A stretch of 64,000 nt of DNA, taken from contig CAIXNN010000009.1 of NCBI GenBank assembly GCA_903920865.1, positions 13,287 to 77,286 of the forward strand, in the 5' to 3' direction. The position numbers and the translations under genes are program-made. Numbering within the stretch: the first letter of the stretch is position 1; every line of letters starts with the position of its first letter. Shown here one piece after another: positions 26,975 to 37,133 of the stretch. This DNA comes from an uncultured Actinomycetes bacterium. Its GTDB lineage: Bacteria > Actinomycetota > Actinomycetes > UBA12327. The notes beneath the pieces were generated by a model. That model ran no database searches, was not told the DNA's origin, and saw only the letters and a program-made list of their open reading frames with translations.

Positions 26975-28063
26975 GTGGCCACAGAAGCACAGTCAATCGA
27001 GCCTTACCTGCGCGCTCTCGTAGAAAGCGGTGGGTCTGACCTGCATTGCAAAGTCGGATCGCCCCCGCGGGTGCGCATTGATGGTCGCCTGCGCAAACTT
27101 CAGGCGCCTGAGCTGACTCCGCGCGATACCGAACACATGGTCAACCAAGTCATGCGTGCTGATTTGCGCGACGAGTTTGAACAAACCAATGAGGCCGACT
27201 TCGCCTACACGGTTGATGGTTTGGGTCGCTTTCGTGTCAATGCCTTTCGTGGTCGCGGTGATGCTGGCTTGGTCTTGCGTCGAGTCACCGATGGCGCTAT
27301 CCCACTGACAAGTTTGGGGCTACCTGATGCGATCGCATCGTTAGCTCTCGAGCCCCGTGGCTTGGTGTTGGTAACTGGTCCTACGGGATCTGGAAAGACC
27401 ACGACGATGGCCGGAATGATTGACCACATTAATGACAGTCGTGAAGTACACATTATGACCATTGAAGATCCCATTGAGGTGATTCATCACGATAAACAAG
27501 CCATGATTAATCAGCGCGAGGTTCGCGTTGACACCGAAGACTTCGCCGTGGCTATGCGTGCGGCCATGCGCCAGGACCCCGACGTGATATTCGTTGGCGA
27601 GATGCGCGATGTGGAAACGGTCACCGCTGCCCTTACTGCAGCTGAAACGGGACACTTGGTTCTTTCTACGCTGCACACCACAGATGCGGCCGAGACCATT
27701 AATCGAATCATTGACTTCTTCCCGCCCCATGAGCAAACGCAAGTTCGCCTTTCATTGGCAGCGGCCATGCGCGGAATCATTTGTCAGCGACTGGTGCCTC
27801 GCGCCGATGGCGTTGGACGATGTGTCGCCATGGAGATTTGCGTAAACACTGGTCGGGTCAGTGAAGCCATTGTTAATCCTGAGCGAACGATGGAGATCTC
27901 GGGGTTGGTCCATGATGGCAGCTTCTATGGCATGCAGAGTTTCGATCAGTCCTTGATCAACTTATTCCGTGACGGCGTAATCACCTTGGACGCGGCGTTG
28001 ATGGCATCGACTGCGCCCCATGACTTAACAGTGGAGCTTCGTCGCCTTGGCTTAGTTGCTTAA
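26975..28063 (+). CDS. pilT: PilT-family type IV pilus retraction ATPase (orphan)
   Basis: Walker A GPTGSGKTTT, Asp box and Walker B, His box HLVLSTLHT. PilT-length (362 aa) with a GTG start. Confidence 0.85.
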   Translation: MATEAQSIEPYLRALVESGGSDLHCKVGSPPRVRIDGRLRKLQAPELTPRDTEHMVNQVMRADLRDEFEQTNEADFAYTVDGLGRFRVNAFRGRGDAGLVLRRVTDGAIPLTSLGLPDAIASLALEPRGLVLVTGPTGSGKTTTMAGMIDHINDSREVHIMTIEDPIEVIHHDKQAMINQREVRVDTEDFAVAMRAAMRQDPDVIFVGEMRDVETVTAALTAAETGHLVLSTLHTTDAAETINRIIDFFPPHEQTQVRLSLAAAMRGIICQRLVPRADGVGRCVAMEICVNTGRVSEAIVNPERTMEISGLVHDGSFYGMQSFDQSLINLFRDGVITLDAALMASTAPHDLTVELRRLGLVA

Positions 28064-28264
28064 TTACTCATCGTTGTTAAGTTGATCTACGACGCCGTGT
28101 TCGCTACAGCGAGCACTCCAACCGGCAGGTAAGACCTGGACCACCATTCGTCGCCTACACGATGAACAAAATCGGGGTGGCTCAAGGTTGCGGGCCACCT
28201 GACAGTCAAAGTGATCGGCCTCTCGCAGGCTTTCGCCACATCGATCACACCACAGTGCTTCCAT
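28064..28264 (-). CDS. Small Cys-rich conserved hypothetical protein downstream of bioB
   Basis: 66 aa with CxxC...CxxxC pairs. Start overlaps the bioB stop, as in the mycobacterial bioB-Rv1590 arrangement. Confidence 0.45.
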   Translation of the reverse strand: MEALWCDRCGESLREADHFDCQVARNLEPPRFCSSCRRRMVVQVLPAGWSARCSEHGVVDQLNNDE

Positions 28265-29289
28265 CAGAGGGCGTCAGCAACAGCCTTGATCGGCATTTTC
28301 AGATCCGCAAGGAGTTCAAGGTCTTCATCTGCTGGGCGACCTAGTGTGGTCAAGTAGTTACCCACGATCACTGCGTTAATTCCACCAAGCAAACCATCGC
28401 GAGTTCCGATTTCCCCCAGGGTGATTTCGCGCCCGCCGGCAAAACGCAAGACAGTAGTTGGCATGGCCAACCGGAAAGCTGCGATAGAAAGCAGTGCTTC
28501 GGTGCTGCTCATAACCGGGACTTCCTCAAAGGGGGTGCCCGGGCGCGGATTGAAGAAGTTCAAAGGAACTTCGTGTGGTTTGAGTGCTCCTAGCTGACCG
28601 GCAAATTCGGCACGCTGCTCCACGCTCTCACCCATACCCACGATTCCGCCGCAACACACTTCCATACCCGAGTCGCGCACCATTTCCAATGTTTCCCACC
28701 GCTCATCCCAGGTGTGAGTGGTGACCACGTTGGGGAAATACGACTGCGCAGTTTCGAGATTGTGGTTATAGCGGTGAACACCCATGTCCACTAAGTCGTC
28801 AACTTGCTCTTTCGTCAAAATTCCCAAGGAGGCAGCAACGTTGATATCAACGGCTTCCTTGATCGCGGCTACTCCTTCGCGCATCTGGGACATCAAATTT
28901 TCATCAGGACCGCGAACGGCTGCGACGATACAAAATTCACTTGCGCCAGTTGCGGCGGTCTGCTTGGCCGCTGTGACAAGTTCTTCAATGTTCAGCCATA
29001 CCGAGCGCACTGGGGAGGTAAACAATCCCGACTGCGAACAAAAGTGGCAATCTTCAGGACATCCACCAGTTTTGATCGAGACGATGCCTTCGACTTCAAC
29101 TTCGGGACCGCACCACTTCATGCGCACTTCGTGGGCCAGTGCCAACGCATCTGCCACTGATTCATCAGGTAACTGAAGTACTTGCAAAACTTGATCAGCG
29201 CTGAGCCCGATTCCGCGGTCAAGGACTTGTTCGCGTGCCTGCTGCAAAATCACGGCGGCATCGGCCTGAGGTTGCGTGGTTTGAGTCAC
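28264..29289 (-). CDS. bioB: Biotin synthase (radical SAM)
   Basis: [11 protein letters not shown] is the radical-SAM CxxxCxxC motif. Confidence 0.95.
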   Translation of the reverse strand: MTQTTQPQADAAVILQQAREQVLDRGIGLSADQVLQVLQLPDESVADALALAHEVRMKWCGPEVEVEGIVSIKTGGCPEDCHFCSQSGLFTSPVRSVWLNIEELVTAAKQTAATGASEFCIVAAVRGPDENLMSQMREGVAAIKEAVDINVAASLGILTKEQVDDLVDMGVHRYNHNLETAQSYFPNVVTTHTWDERWETLEMVRDSGMEVCCGGIVGMGESVEQRAEFAGQLGALKPHEVPLNFFNPRPGTPFEEVPVMSSTEALLSIAAFRLAMPTTVLRFAGGREITLGEIGTRDGLLGGINAVIVGNYLTTLGRPADEDLELLADLKMPIKAVADAL

Positions 29290-30029
29290 CGGTTCAGCTC
29301 CTGAGTGTGGGTATGGGTGAAGTCTGCCTCATTGAAGGTTCCAAGCAGCACAGGATGCAGGCTTGTTCGAGCAATGTGTTCAAACTCTCTAGCGTTGCCT
29401 GATCCTGATGGGATCGCCCCCACGAGAGGTACCCCGAGTCGTTGAAGGTCTGCAACGTTGGATCGCTGCGCGAGATCAGGCTGGTCGGGCCAGCTGCCGA
29501 TGATCAAGCCCGCGATGTCCAGACCCCGATGTGTGGCGACCTCAATGGTCGCCGTGCTGTGGTGCAAGGTGCCTAAACCGGCATGAACAACAATTAGCAC
29601 GCAAGCATTCAGATCGTGTGCTAAGTCAGCAATCGTCCACGCAGGGTCATCGCTGTAGCGAACTAACAGGCCGCCGGCTCCTTCAACCACAATGAGGTCA
29701 CTGGTCAAGGCCTGAATAGATCGCAGAACTTCGCTGCGCGCAAGCGCCGGGGCGCCGCTGATGCGTGCTGCCGATGCTGGAGCAAGGGCAGGTTCGTAGC
29801 GCCCATATTCATGAAGTAAGAGTCGCTGCGCAGCACCTGGAATAGTGGAAGTCAGTTCAGCGACAACATGCAGATCACCTGGTTCATTACCGCTGACTCC
29901 CGTTTGTCCAGGCTTTACGACGCTGACACTTTTTCCAGCTATGAGTGCGTTGGCTGCAATGGCTGCTGTGGCGATGGTTTTACCAACATCGGTACCGGTG
30001 CCACTGACGATCAATATTTGGCTCATCAC
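29286..30029 (-). CDS. bioD: Dethiobiotin synthetase
   Basis: P-loop GTGTDVGKT. Confidence 0.9.
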   Translation of the reverse strand: MMSQILIVSGTGTDVGKTIATAAIAANALIAGKSVSVVKPGQTGVSGNEPGDLHVVAELTSTIPGAAQRLLLHEYGRYEPALAPASAARISGAPALARSEVLRSIQALTSDLIVVEGAGGLLVRYSDDPAWTIADLAHDLNACVLIVVHAGLGTLHHSTATIEVATHRGLDIAGLIIGSWPDQPDLAQRSNVADLQRLGVPLVGAIPSGSGNAREFEHIARTSLHPVLLGTFNEADFTHTHTQELNR

Positions 30030-31192
30030 ACACCCAATCCAGCATGGGCAACAGCAGCAAGGGCCGCCGCCGCACGCGCAAGTTCAGGCTCGCCAAGGTC
30101 AGCTCTGGCTGTAAGCCGAAGTCGGGAGGCGGAATCGGGAACCGAAGGCGGTCTAAAGCAGCCAACGCGGACACCGTGGGCGGCGCACAGGTCACGCGCC
30201 GCAAGGGCGTCCTGCGGATTGTCAATGACGATGGAAACCACGGCAGCATCAGGTGTGCAGACGTCAAACCCCATGCTTTCGGCCAGGTTTGCAAGATGAC
30301 CGGCATTAGTACGAGCTTGTTCAGGCAGTTCGGGGTGTTGCTTGATCAAACGCAGTGCAGCTTGGGCTGCACCCACATTCATGGGGGACAAGGCGGTATC
30401 GAAAATGAAAGGGCGCGCTGAGTCAATGAGGTGGTCGATTGTTGCTTGAGTCCCCAGCACAACTCCGCCTTGCGACCCAAAGGCCTTTGACAAGGTGGCG
30501 GTAAGGATTACCCCAGGCTCACGTTGCAGTCCAAGAAGACTAGTTAACCCTTGGCCGTGATCGCCCATAGTTCCCAGCGAATGTGCTTCATCAACGACCA
30601 ACACTGCGTTATGGGTCCGTGCAACGTCAGCTAATGCAACCAGCGGTGCTTGATCGCCATCGACACTGAAAACTGCATCAGTAATCAGTAAGTGCGATGG
30701 TTGATGAGGCGCTGTAGCGGTAGCGGATTCCAATGCGGCCCGGATGGAATCTACATCTTTGTGCGGGGCAACGAAGACATCGCCGCGTGCAAGTCTGCAG
30801 GCGTCCACGATGGAGGCATGGTTGCTGGTGTCACTGATGATCAGAGACTGCGCATCGGTCAGTGAAGAAATCACACTCAAATTGGCCAGATACCCGGATG
30901 AAAAAAGAAGCGCAGCTTCAGTTCCGACAAAATCAGCCAACTGCGCTTCGAATTCCGCATGGAGCCAGGTAGTCCCGGTCACCAATCGCGAAGCAGTGGC
31001 TCCGGTTCCCCAGGTTTGTGCTGCTTCTTGAGCGGCCTTGATGACTTCAGGGTGTCGGGCCAGCCCGAGATAGTCGTTGGAAGCCAGATCCAAAAGCCCA
31101 TCAAGGGAAGGCGAGCGTGGGTGGAGTTCGCGACGCAGGCCCTCGTTGATTCGACGATCCCGAAAACTAGTCAACCAGTCCAGTGCACTCAT
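30026..31192 (-). CDS. bioF: 8-amino-7-oxononanoate synthase
   Basis: Class II aminotransferase with PLP-Lys in TLSKAFGSQGG. Confidence 0.9.
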   Translation of the reverse strand: MSALDWLTSFRDRRINEGLRRELHPRSPSLDGLLDLASNDYLGLARHPEVIKAAQEAAQTWGTGATASRLVTGTTWLHAEFEAQLADFVGTEAALLFSSGYLANLSVISSLTDAQSLIISDTSNHASIVDACRLARGDVFVAPHKDVDSIRAALESATATAPHQPSHLLITDAVFSVDGDQAPLVALADVARTHNAVLVVDEAHSLGTMGDHGQGLTSLLGLQREPGVILTATLSKAFGSQGGVVLGTQATIDHLIDSARPFIFDTALSPMNVGAAQAALRLIKQHPELPEQARTNAGHLANLAESMGFDVCTPDAAVVSIVIDNPQDALAARDLCAAHGVRVGCFRPPSVPDSASRLRLTARADLGEPELARAAAALAAVAHAGLGV

Positions 31193-32532
31193 TGCGTGAC
31201 CTGGTCAATCGCGGCAATGCACACATCAACGATGGTCTTGAGGTCGTCATCGTTCATCGCTAGCGGTGGCATCAACACCACCACATCACCCAGAGGTCGA
31301 GTCAGCACTGAGTTGTTTTTCATGATTTGGCAGATTTCAAAACCGGTGCGCTCGATCCCATCAACCGGGTTGACTTCAATTCCGGTCATCGTGCCGAGTC
31401 GCCGCACTTCTAGGACTCCATCGTGAGTTTGAAGTGGTGCGAGCAGTTGTCCCAGTTTTTCGCCAAGGCGCGCTGCGTTATCCACCGTGTTGTTGGCATC
31501 CATAAGTTTGAGATTGGCAATTGCCGCAGCGCAACATAATGGATTTGCAGTGTACGAATGTCCGTGGAAAAACGTTCGTGCAGACTCGGGAGCACCTAAG
31601 AAGGCTTCATAAATTCCTTCCTTGGCCAAAACTGCAGACAGTGGCAGGTACCCCCCGGTCACCCCCTTGCCCAAAGTCAGCAAGTCGGGAACCACTCCAG
31701 AGTGATCCAAGGCCCATTGTTTGCCGGTTCGCCCTAGGCCGGTCGCGATTTCATCAGCGATTAGGTAAGCGCCAAATTCATCACAGAGTTCACGTACACC
31801 ACGAAGGAAGGATGCATCGTGAGTCAGAATTCCGGCGGCTGCTTGGACCATTGGTTCGACGATGACGGCGCAGATGCGCTGACCTTGGTGCTCCATTAAT
31901 TCGCGAAGTTCAGTAACCACTTCGACTGCGCGATCGGCTGCACTTTGGCCCGGCTCACGCAGGCCAGGGGAGGAAACCTCAACCGTGTCGAGCAAGATCG
32001 GTCGATACGTGGAATGGAACAGTTCAATGCCACCGACACTGACTGCGCCCAGAGTATCGCCGTGGTAACCCTCTTTAATGTGCGCGTAAAGCGGACGGTC
32101 TTGACCGAGTTGCGCGCTAGCTTGAAAAGCCATTTTGATTGCGGCCTCAACCGAGGATGCGCCGTCGGAGCCAAAGAATGCGCGAGTTAATCCGGCGGGC
32201 GCGCGATCAATCAGTAGTTCGGCAAGTTCAATTCCTGGTTCATGGGTAGTGCCCAAAAAGGTTGCGTGATCGAGTCGATCAAGTTGGGCGACAATGGCTG
32301 CATCAATCTCGGGAACCTTGTGCCCGTGAACATTGACCCACAGCGACGAGTTCGCATCTAGGTAGGCACGAGAGTCGGCGTCGTAGAGGTACATTCCCTC
32401 GGCCCGATCGATAACCAAGGGTTCGTCGGTAGCCCAGCGGGCATGTTGAGTAAAGGGATGCCAGACCCGCTTGCCATCGCGGGCAAGGAGGTCTTGTGTA
32501 CGCGGCCCGAAGCCGCTGGGGTGTGACTCCAT
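31189..32532 (-). CDS. bioA: Adenosylmethionine-8-amino-7-oxononanoate aminotransferase
   Basis: Class III aminotransferase. Start placed at internal ATG 32532 (MESHPSGF..., 448 aa, AGGA SD). The track ORF 31189..32886 adds 118 aa with no homology. Confidence 0.85.
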   Translation of the reverse strand: MESHPSGFGPRTQDLLARDGKRVWHPFTQHARWATDEPLVIDRAEGMYLYDADSRAYLDANSSLWVNVHGHKVPEIDAAIVAQLDRLDHATFLGTTHEPGIELAELLIDRAPAGLTRAFFGSDGASSVEAAIKMAFQASAQLGQDRPLYAHIKEGYHGDTLGAVSVGGIELFHSTYRPILLDTVEVSSPGLREPGQSAADRAVEVVTELRELMEHQGQRICAVIVEPMVQAAAGILTHDASFLRGVRELCDEFGAYLIADEIATGLGRTGKQWALDHSGVVPDLLTLGKGVTGGYLPLSAVLAKEGIYEAFLGAPESARTFFHGHSYTANPLCCAAAIANLKLMDANNTVDNAARLGEKLGQLLAPLQTHDGVLEVRRLGTMTGIEVNPVDGIERTGFEICQIMKNNSVLTRPLGDVVVLMPPLAMNDDDLKTIVDVCIAAIDQVTQ

Positions 32533-32546
32533 GGCAATGCCATCCT

Positions 32547-32566
32547 CGCAGGAAGGCTTTCCTGCG
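32547..32566. promoter_or_regulatory. Perfect 8-bp inverted repeat (CGCAGGAA-N4-TTCCTGCG) abutting the bioA Shine-Dalgarno
   Basis: cgcaggaa ggct ttcctgcg, located 15-34 nt upstream of the bioA start codon. Candidate operator or RBS-masking hairpin. Confidence 0.4.
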
Positions 32567-32586
32567 CGACCGCCTACCCTGTTGCT

Positions 32587-34032
32587 GTGCCCGCGCTTAA
32601 TGACCTTGTCCGCACGCGTACGGACTTGACTGACATTGACCTGGATGGACTTCATGTCCTGCTCAGCGAATGGCAGATTCTGGCTGACTTGTCCTTTGCT
32701 GATCTGATCTTGTGGGTCGCCACCCGAGGTGGATTTTTGGCAGTGGCTCAAGTGCGTCCAACCACTGGGCCCACGGTAGTTCCCGAAGATGTCGTCGGAG
32801 AAGAAGTCAGCCGCGATGATTTTCAAGTCTTGACTCAAGCCGTCGAACAAGGGCAAATCGTTGGGACCACGGTGGATGAGCGTCACAGCGATTGCATTCC
32901 AGTGCGACGTGCTGGTCGCATTGTTGGTGTCATTGAACAGCGCCAGCGAAAGGGAAGTGCACGAGAGGGCGAGTCAGTACTTGAAGCCGCCTACCGCGAA
33001 AGCGCACATGAGTTGGCATTGATGATCGCGCAAGGGCGGTTTCCCTTTCCGGCGATGTTTAACGACCCGGAGGCAGCCCCGCGGGTTGGTGATGGGTTTA
33101 TCCGATTGAATGCTGATGGTGTTGTCACGTACGCAAGTCCCAATGCCTTGTCCGCTTATCGACGGTTGGGCTTAACCGCTGATTTATTGAATGCCGACCT
33201 GAGTACCTTGACCATGACACTTGCTCCAAGCGGGCCGTTAGATGAGGACCTCGCAGCTGTTGCACGTGGCCGCGCTCCACGTTTGGCAGAAGTACAAGCA
33301 AACGGCTCTCAGGTGCTTTTGCGCGCAATTCCCATGCAACCCGATGGGCAACGTCGGGGCGCTGTTGTTTTGCTGCGTGATGTCTCGGACCTGGCCCGAC
33401 GGGACCGCCTGATGGCCACGAAGGATGCCACCATTCGCGAAGTGCACCATCGAGTGAAGAACAACCTGCAGACGGTGGCTGCACTCTTACGCCTACAGGC
33501 CAGACGGCTGGACTCACCAGAGGCCCAGGCGGCCTTAGACGAGGCGGTTCGTCGAGTGGGATCGATCGCTTTGGTCCACGAAACCTTGTCCCAAACCCCT
33601 GACGAGGTCGTGGCTTTTGATGACGTGGCAGATCGGTTGTTAGGGATGGTTCTTGATGTGGGCTCTATCGGTGCAGCCCACGAGATTTCAACACGACGGT
33701 CCGGAACATTTGGGGTAGTACCTGCCGAGGTTGCAACCCCACTTGCGATGGCCCTGACTGAGGTATTGCTGAACGCTGTTCAACATGGCTTGCAGGGTTT
33801 AAGTGGTCGCATCTTTATTAATGCAAGTCGCGCGGGCGATCGCCTCAATGTCGAAGTCGTTGATGACGGTCGTGGCTTGCCTTCTCAGTTTGCTAACACC
33901 GAGTCGGATCGGTTGGGCTTGCAGATTGTGCGCACGCTGATCGTGGGGGAATTGCAAGGAACATTTGAGTTAGAACTGGCCCCTGGTGGCGGTACACGCG
34001 CAGTCATTGATGTGCCACTAGTGCACGAATAA
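32587..34032 (+). CDS. pdtaS: Sensor histidine kinase PdtaS (GAF-PAS-HisKA_2-HATPase)
   Basis: Strong collinear similarity to mycobacterial PdtaS: SEWQILADLSFADLILWV, GDGFIRLNADGVVTYASPNALSAYRRLGL, and the H-box IREVHHRVKNNLQTVAALLRLQARR. Confidence 0.85.
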   Translation: MPALNDLVRTRTDLTDIDLDGLHVLLSEWQILADLSFADLILWVATRGGFLAVAQVRPTTGPTVVPEDVVGEEVSRDDFQVLTQAVEQGQIVGTTVDERHSDCIPVRRAGRIVGVIEQRQRKGSAREGESVLEAAYRESAHELALMIAQGRFPFPAMFNDPEAAPRVGDGFIRLNADGVVTYASPNALSAYRRLGLTADLLNADLSTLTMTLAPSGPLDEDLAAVARGRAPRLAEVQANGSQVLLRAIPMQPDGQRRGAVVLLRDVSDLARRDRLMATKDATIREVHHRVKNNLQTVAALLRLQARRLDSPEAQAALDEAVRRVGSIALVHETLSQTPDEVVAFDDVADRLLGMVLDVGSIGAAHEISTRRSGTFGVVPAEVATPLAMALTEVLLNAVQHGLQGLSGRIFINASRAGDRLNVEVVDDGRGLPSQFANTESDRLGLQIVRTLIVGELQGTFELELAPGGGTRAVIDVPLVHE

Positions 34033-34045
34033 GTTGTGAGAAAAA

Positions 34046-34291
34046 TTAAGCGCTGAACGAGCGGACTTGACGACGCTTGTGCAAGCGACGCTCGTCTTCG
34101 CTCATCCCACCCCAGACACCGGCATCTTGGCCAGATTCAAAAGCCCACTCGAGACATTCATCAACAACGCTGCAACTACGGCAGACGGCCTTGGCCTCTT
34201 GAATCTGCAGCACAGCTGGACCGGTTGTTCCGATAGGGAAGAACAACTCTGGATCTTCGTCACGGCAGGCGGCTTCGTGGCGCCAGTCCAT
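34046..34291 (-). CDS. whiB1: WhiB-family Fe-S transcription factor (WhiB1-like)
   Basis: MDWRHEAACRDEDPELFFP...CRSCSVVDECLEWA...GVWGGMSEDERR carries the four Cys and the WhiB G(V/I)WGG motif. Start at ATG 34291. Confidence 0.9.
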   Translation of the reverse strand: MDWRHEAACRDEDPELFFPIGTTGPAVLQIQEAKAVCRSCSVVDECLEWAFESGQDAGVWGGMSEDERRLHKRRQVRSFSA

Positions 34292-34458
34292 GCGGGCTCC
34301 TTCGTTGATGTGACAGGTGGGGCTGAAGGTAACTACTGAGCCCAGTGTGTTTTTTAAGCACGAAGGGTCAGGGGGGAAGTCACCGTTCGGAGGCCCTATC
34401 GTCCCACTCTCGGGCGTGTCGCGCAAGGGACTTGGACCAAGCCGAAGGAACGTGTTTC

Positions 34459-34474
34459 TGTCGGCTAGATCACA
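34459..34474. promoter_or_regulatory. CRP-like site (TGTCG-N6-TCACA) about 170 bp upstream of whiB1
   Basis: Matches the TGTGA-N6-TCACA consensus in the right half fully and in the left half at 3 of 5 positions. whiB1 is a known Crp target in mycobacteria. Confidence 0.3.
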
Positions 34475-34484
34475 TCGGACAGCT

Positions 34485-35438
34485 TTAAGGATTATCCACA
34501 GGGGTGAAAACCCTGATGGCGTCGGGAACAGAGGCAAAAGTGATGGAGGTGACCGGCTTGATCAGGTCGCCGTCAATTTGTAGGGGGACTGGCCGATCGG
34601 AGGTCATGGTCACAGTGGCCAGATTGGTCAAGACGGTTGATTCAGGCAGATCTCCGATGCCACGTCCGGTGAGCAAGGTCCCCGCAATACGCATCATGGT
34701 CTGGGCTGACAGGCTCTCTAGAGACACGACATCGAGTCCTTGTTCAAACCTAGCCTGGGTGCTGGCCTGGAGTGCGATTTCGCCAAGCATGGTCCAGGGA
34801 GTGGTGTTCTGGACGATGGCAAAAACGAGTTTGTCAATGGACACATGCTGATCATCGTGTGAAACGCCTGTCATCGTCATCGGTCCGTTCCAGCGATCCG
34901 TTGCGATCCACGACTTAACCAGTCCTGCCATGTAGGACCCTGGCGTTGTAGGGAAGCCGCGTTTGCGCATGTCTTCAACGGCCGCCACAACTTCAGCGTC
35001 TATCCCAAGCCCCGCGTGCAGCGCGAACCAACGATCACCAGCTTTGCCTAACCCGATAGTGCGAATGGATTGAGACTGCATGTGGTCGATGAAGGCTTTG
35101 GCTGCTTTTTTTGAATCGCTTGGGAGAGCAAGTGCATGCGCTAAAACATTGGCGTGGCCGCCAGGGATGATGCCAAGAATGGGTACTTCGTACGCGCTGC
35201 GGTTCGGCTGGCTCAGAAGTCCGTTGATCACTTCATTGACCGTGCCATCGCCGCCCAAGACTGCGACCACGTCATAGCCATCATGAACTGCTTGCTGGGC
35301 TAGGGATTGTGCATGATTGCGAGCCTTGGTTTGTTTGACTTTGACATCGAGTGCACCCTCAAGGGCGGTGGTTATGTTCTTGCGGACATGTTTATTGGTA
35401 CTGGTGGCCTTAGGGTTCACGATCAATAACGTCCGCAC
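34485..35438 (-). CDS. Diacylglycerol kinase catalytic-domain lipid kinase (DagK/LCB5 family)
   Basis: LLIVNPKA...VVAVLGGDGTVNEV is the DAGK_cat signature. Confidence 0.85.
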   Translation of the reverse strand: MRTLLIVNPKATSTNKHVRKNITTALEGALDVKVKQTKARNHAQSLAQQAVHDGYDVVAVLGGDGTVNEVINGLLSQPNRSAYEVPILGIIPGGHANVLAHALALPSDSKKAAKAFIDHMQSQSIRTIGLGKAGDRWFALHAGLGIDAEVVAAVEDMRKRGFPTTPGSYMAGLVKSWIATDRWNGPMTMTGVSHDDQHVSIDKLVFAIVQNTTPWTMLGEIALQASTQARFEQGLDVVSLESLSAQTMMRIAGTLLTGRGIGDLPESTVLTNLATVTMTSDRPVPLQIDGDLIKPVTSITFASVPDAIRVFTPVDNP

Positions 35439-35460
35439 CCCCTCAGGTTAGGCTCGGGGT

Positions 35461-35871
35461 GTGAGTGCGAACCCCCCGCCACCGGAAATAAGTGACCATC
35501 GGCCTCATGGGCGAGGCAAAATGTGGCCAGGGCCGCTGGGATGGGCAGCCATCGTGTGTGCGCTCCAGGGGTTGACACTGTTTGGAGTTGAAGCAGTGGC
35601 ATGGTCCGATCGGACCGACACCCTGTCTGCAGATATCGCTCAAGCGGTCTGCCTATGCGCCATCGCAGTTGGCTTATTGGCTTTGGCCTGGGCGTTGATT
35701 AATCGTCGGCGATGGGCACGTGGGCCAACGATCACCATCGAAATCATCACAGTCTTGATCGCGGTCTCGGAAGCCAAACTCACCACAGGCTATGGATGGG
35801 TCATTGGGGTGCCAGCGCTCGTTGCGCTCGTGATCGTCTACCGCAGCGATCAATGGTTATCAAGTAGTTGA
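35461..35871 (+). CDS. Hypothetical membrane protein (4 TMS)
   Basis: 136 aa and hydrophobic. Position corresponds to the membrane protein beside the whiB1 block in mycobacteria. Confidence 0.4.
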   Translation: MSANPPPPEISDHRPHGRGKMWPGPLGWAAIVCALQGLTLFGVEAVAWSDRTDTLSADIAQAVCLCAIAVGLLALAWALINRRRWARGPTITIEIITVLIAVSEAKLTTGYGWVIGVPALVALVIVYRSDQWLSSS

Positions 35872-36587
35872 TCACGCATACGCGACAAGATCCGTGCTAT
35901 CTGTCTTGATACTTGGCTCTGCTCCATGCTGAGCAGTTCAGCTATTTGCGCTTGTGACTTTTCTTCAACGAATCTCAAGGTCAATAGTTCCCGATCCCGT
36001 TGCGTCAAGCTGGCCAGAGCTGGACCGAGTTCGCCGCGATTGAGGACAGCAGCAATAGAGCGGTCTTGTTCGCTGACCTCAAGCGGTTGTTCGGGAATAT
36101 CTAGCGAGCTCAATCGGTAGGCCTGAGCCGCTTCCAAGGCATCCAAAACATCTTCAGTTGTGCGGTCTAGGGCTTGTGCGATCTCTGCAACAGTTGGTGA
36201 TCGACGAAGGCTTTGCTCAAGGCTTCCCCGGACTTGATTGACCTCCCGCGAAAGTTCTTGGAGCCTTCGCGGCACCTTGATACTCCACGCAGTTTCGCGA
36301 AAATGCTTACGAATTTCACCCAGGATGGTGGCCATTGCAAAAGAGGTGAAGGAATCGCTTTGGGCTGGGTCAAAGCGATCAACCGCATTGATCAAGCCAA
36401 TTGAACCGGCTTGGATCAAATCGTCCAGCGGTTCTCCACGGTTGGCATAGCGCTGCGCTAGGTGTCGAACCAGGGGCTGATGAATGACAATGAGCGCTTC
36501 ACGAACTTTTGACCGAGCCGGATCGTCCGCGTCTAGGCGCGCATACTCGGCAATAAGGTCGCGTTCTGCTTGGTAGGTGGACTCCAT
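35850..36587 (-). CDS. Group 3 RNA polymerase sigma factor (SigB/SigF family)
   Basis: Region 2 is LIQAGSIGLINAVDRFD. Region 3 and the region 4 HTH SQAQIAELLSMEQSQVSRQ are also present. Confidence 0.8.
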   Translation of the reverse strand: MESTYQAERDLIAEYARLDADDPARSKVREALIVIHQPLVRHLAQRYANRGEPLDDLIQAGSIGLINAVDRFDPAQSDSFTSFAMATILGEIRKHFRETAWSIKVPRRLQELSREVNQVRGSLEQSLRRSPTVAEIAQALDRTTEDVLDALEAAQAYRLSSLDIPEQPLEVSEQDRSIAAVLNRGELGPALASLTQRDRELLTLRFVEEKSQAQIAELLSMEQSQVSRQIARILSRMRDQLLDNH

Positions 36588-36589
36588 GA

Positions 36590-37021
36590 CTATCGAGGAA
36601 TCTGCACTCGGTGCTTTAGTGCCAATGTCAGGGATGTCAACTCGTCATTGCGGACGACCACGCTTTCAACCGAAGTCAGCAGGGTGGTCAGGACGGTCCA
36701 GGAAAGTGAGGCAGTCAGTTCGGGTGCAGGGTTAGTGGTTTTTGTCGTGAGACTTAGATAGATATCAGCGCCCTGGCAGTCAAGGGTGATCTCGATGAGT
36801 TCACTCTCAGCGGCATGCTCGAGCAGTAGAGCGCAGGCCTCACTGATCGCCAGCCGGAGGTCTTCGACATCGTCAACGGTGGCGCCAACTTGGACCAACG
36901 TTGCGGCTACAGCACTACGCGCAATTGAGGTATGTGCTGGCGTGGCCGGAATGTGAAGCGTTATCAATCCCGATGTTGAACTACCCGCGGTACTGATTGT
37001 TGGTTCGAATGAGGCTGTCAT
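36590..37021 (-). CDS. Anti-sigma factor, RsbW/UsfX-like serine kinase (HATPase fold)
   Basis: 143 aa located 2 nt upstream of the sigma gene. Partner-switch-type GHKL-like segment ...LAISEACALLLEHA.... Confidence 0.6.
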   Translation of the reverse strand: MTASFEPTISTAGSSTSGLITLHIPATPAHTSIARSAVAATLVQVGATVDDVEDLRLAISEACALLLEHAAESELIEITLDCQGADIYLSLTTKTTNPAPELTASLSWTVLTTLLTSVESVVVRNDELTSLTLALKHRVQIPR

Positions 37022-37086
37022 GACATCTCCGCCCTAAGTTCTTATTCTTCAGGTTAGCCCTTGGTGCTGGCTCGTGGCTAGAGAGA

Positions 37087-37120
37087 AAAAGGGTCAGGCA
37101 GCGCGAGCTACCTGACCCTT
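37087..37120 (-). terminator. Rho-independent terminator downstream of sodN
   Basis: aagggtcagg...cctgaccctt 10-bp stem. On the minus strand it is followed by TTTTTCTCTC. Confidence 0.55.
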
Positions 37121-37133
37121 TAGCGAAGGTGTA

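Noticed and set aside
32533-32886. N-terminal 118-aa extension of the bioA ORF in the track
   Set aside because: It has no similarity to BioA. The internal ATG at 32532 has an AGGA SD and gives a canonical 448-aa enzyme. The extension would also run through the divergent promoter region.
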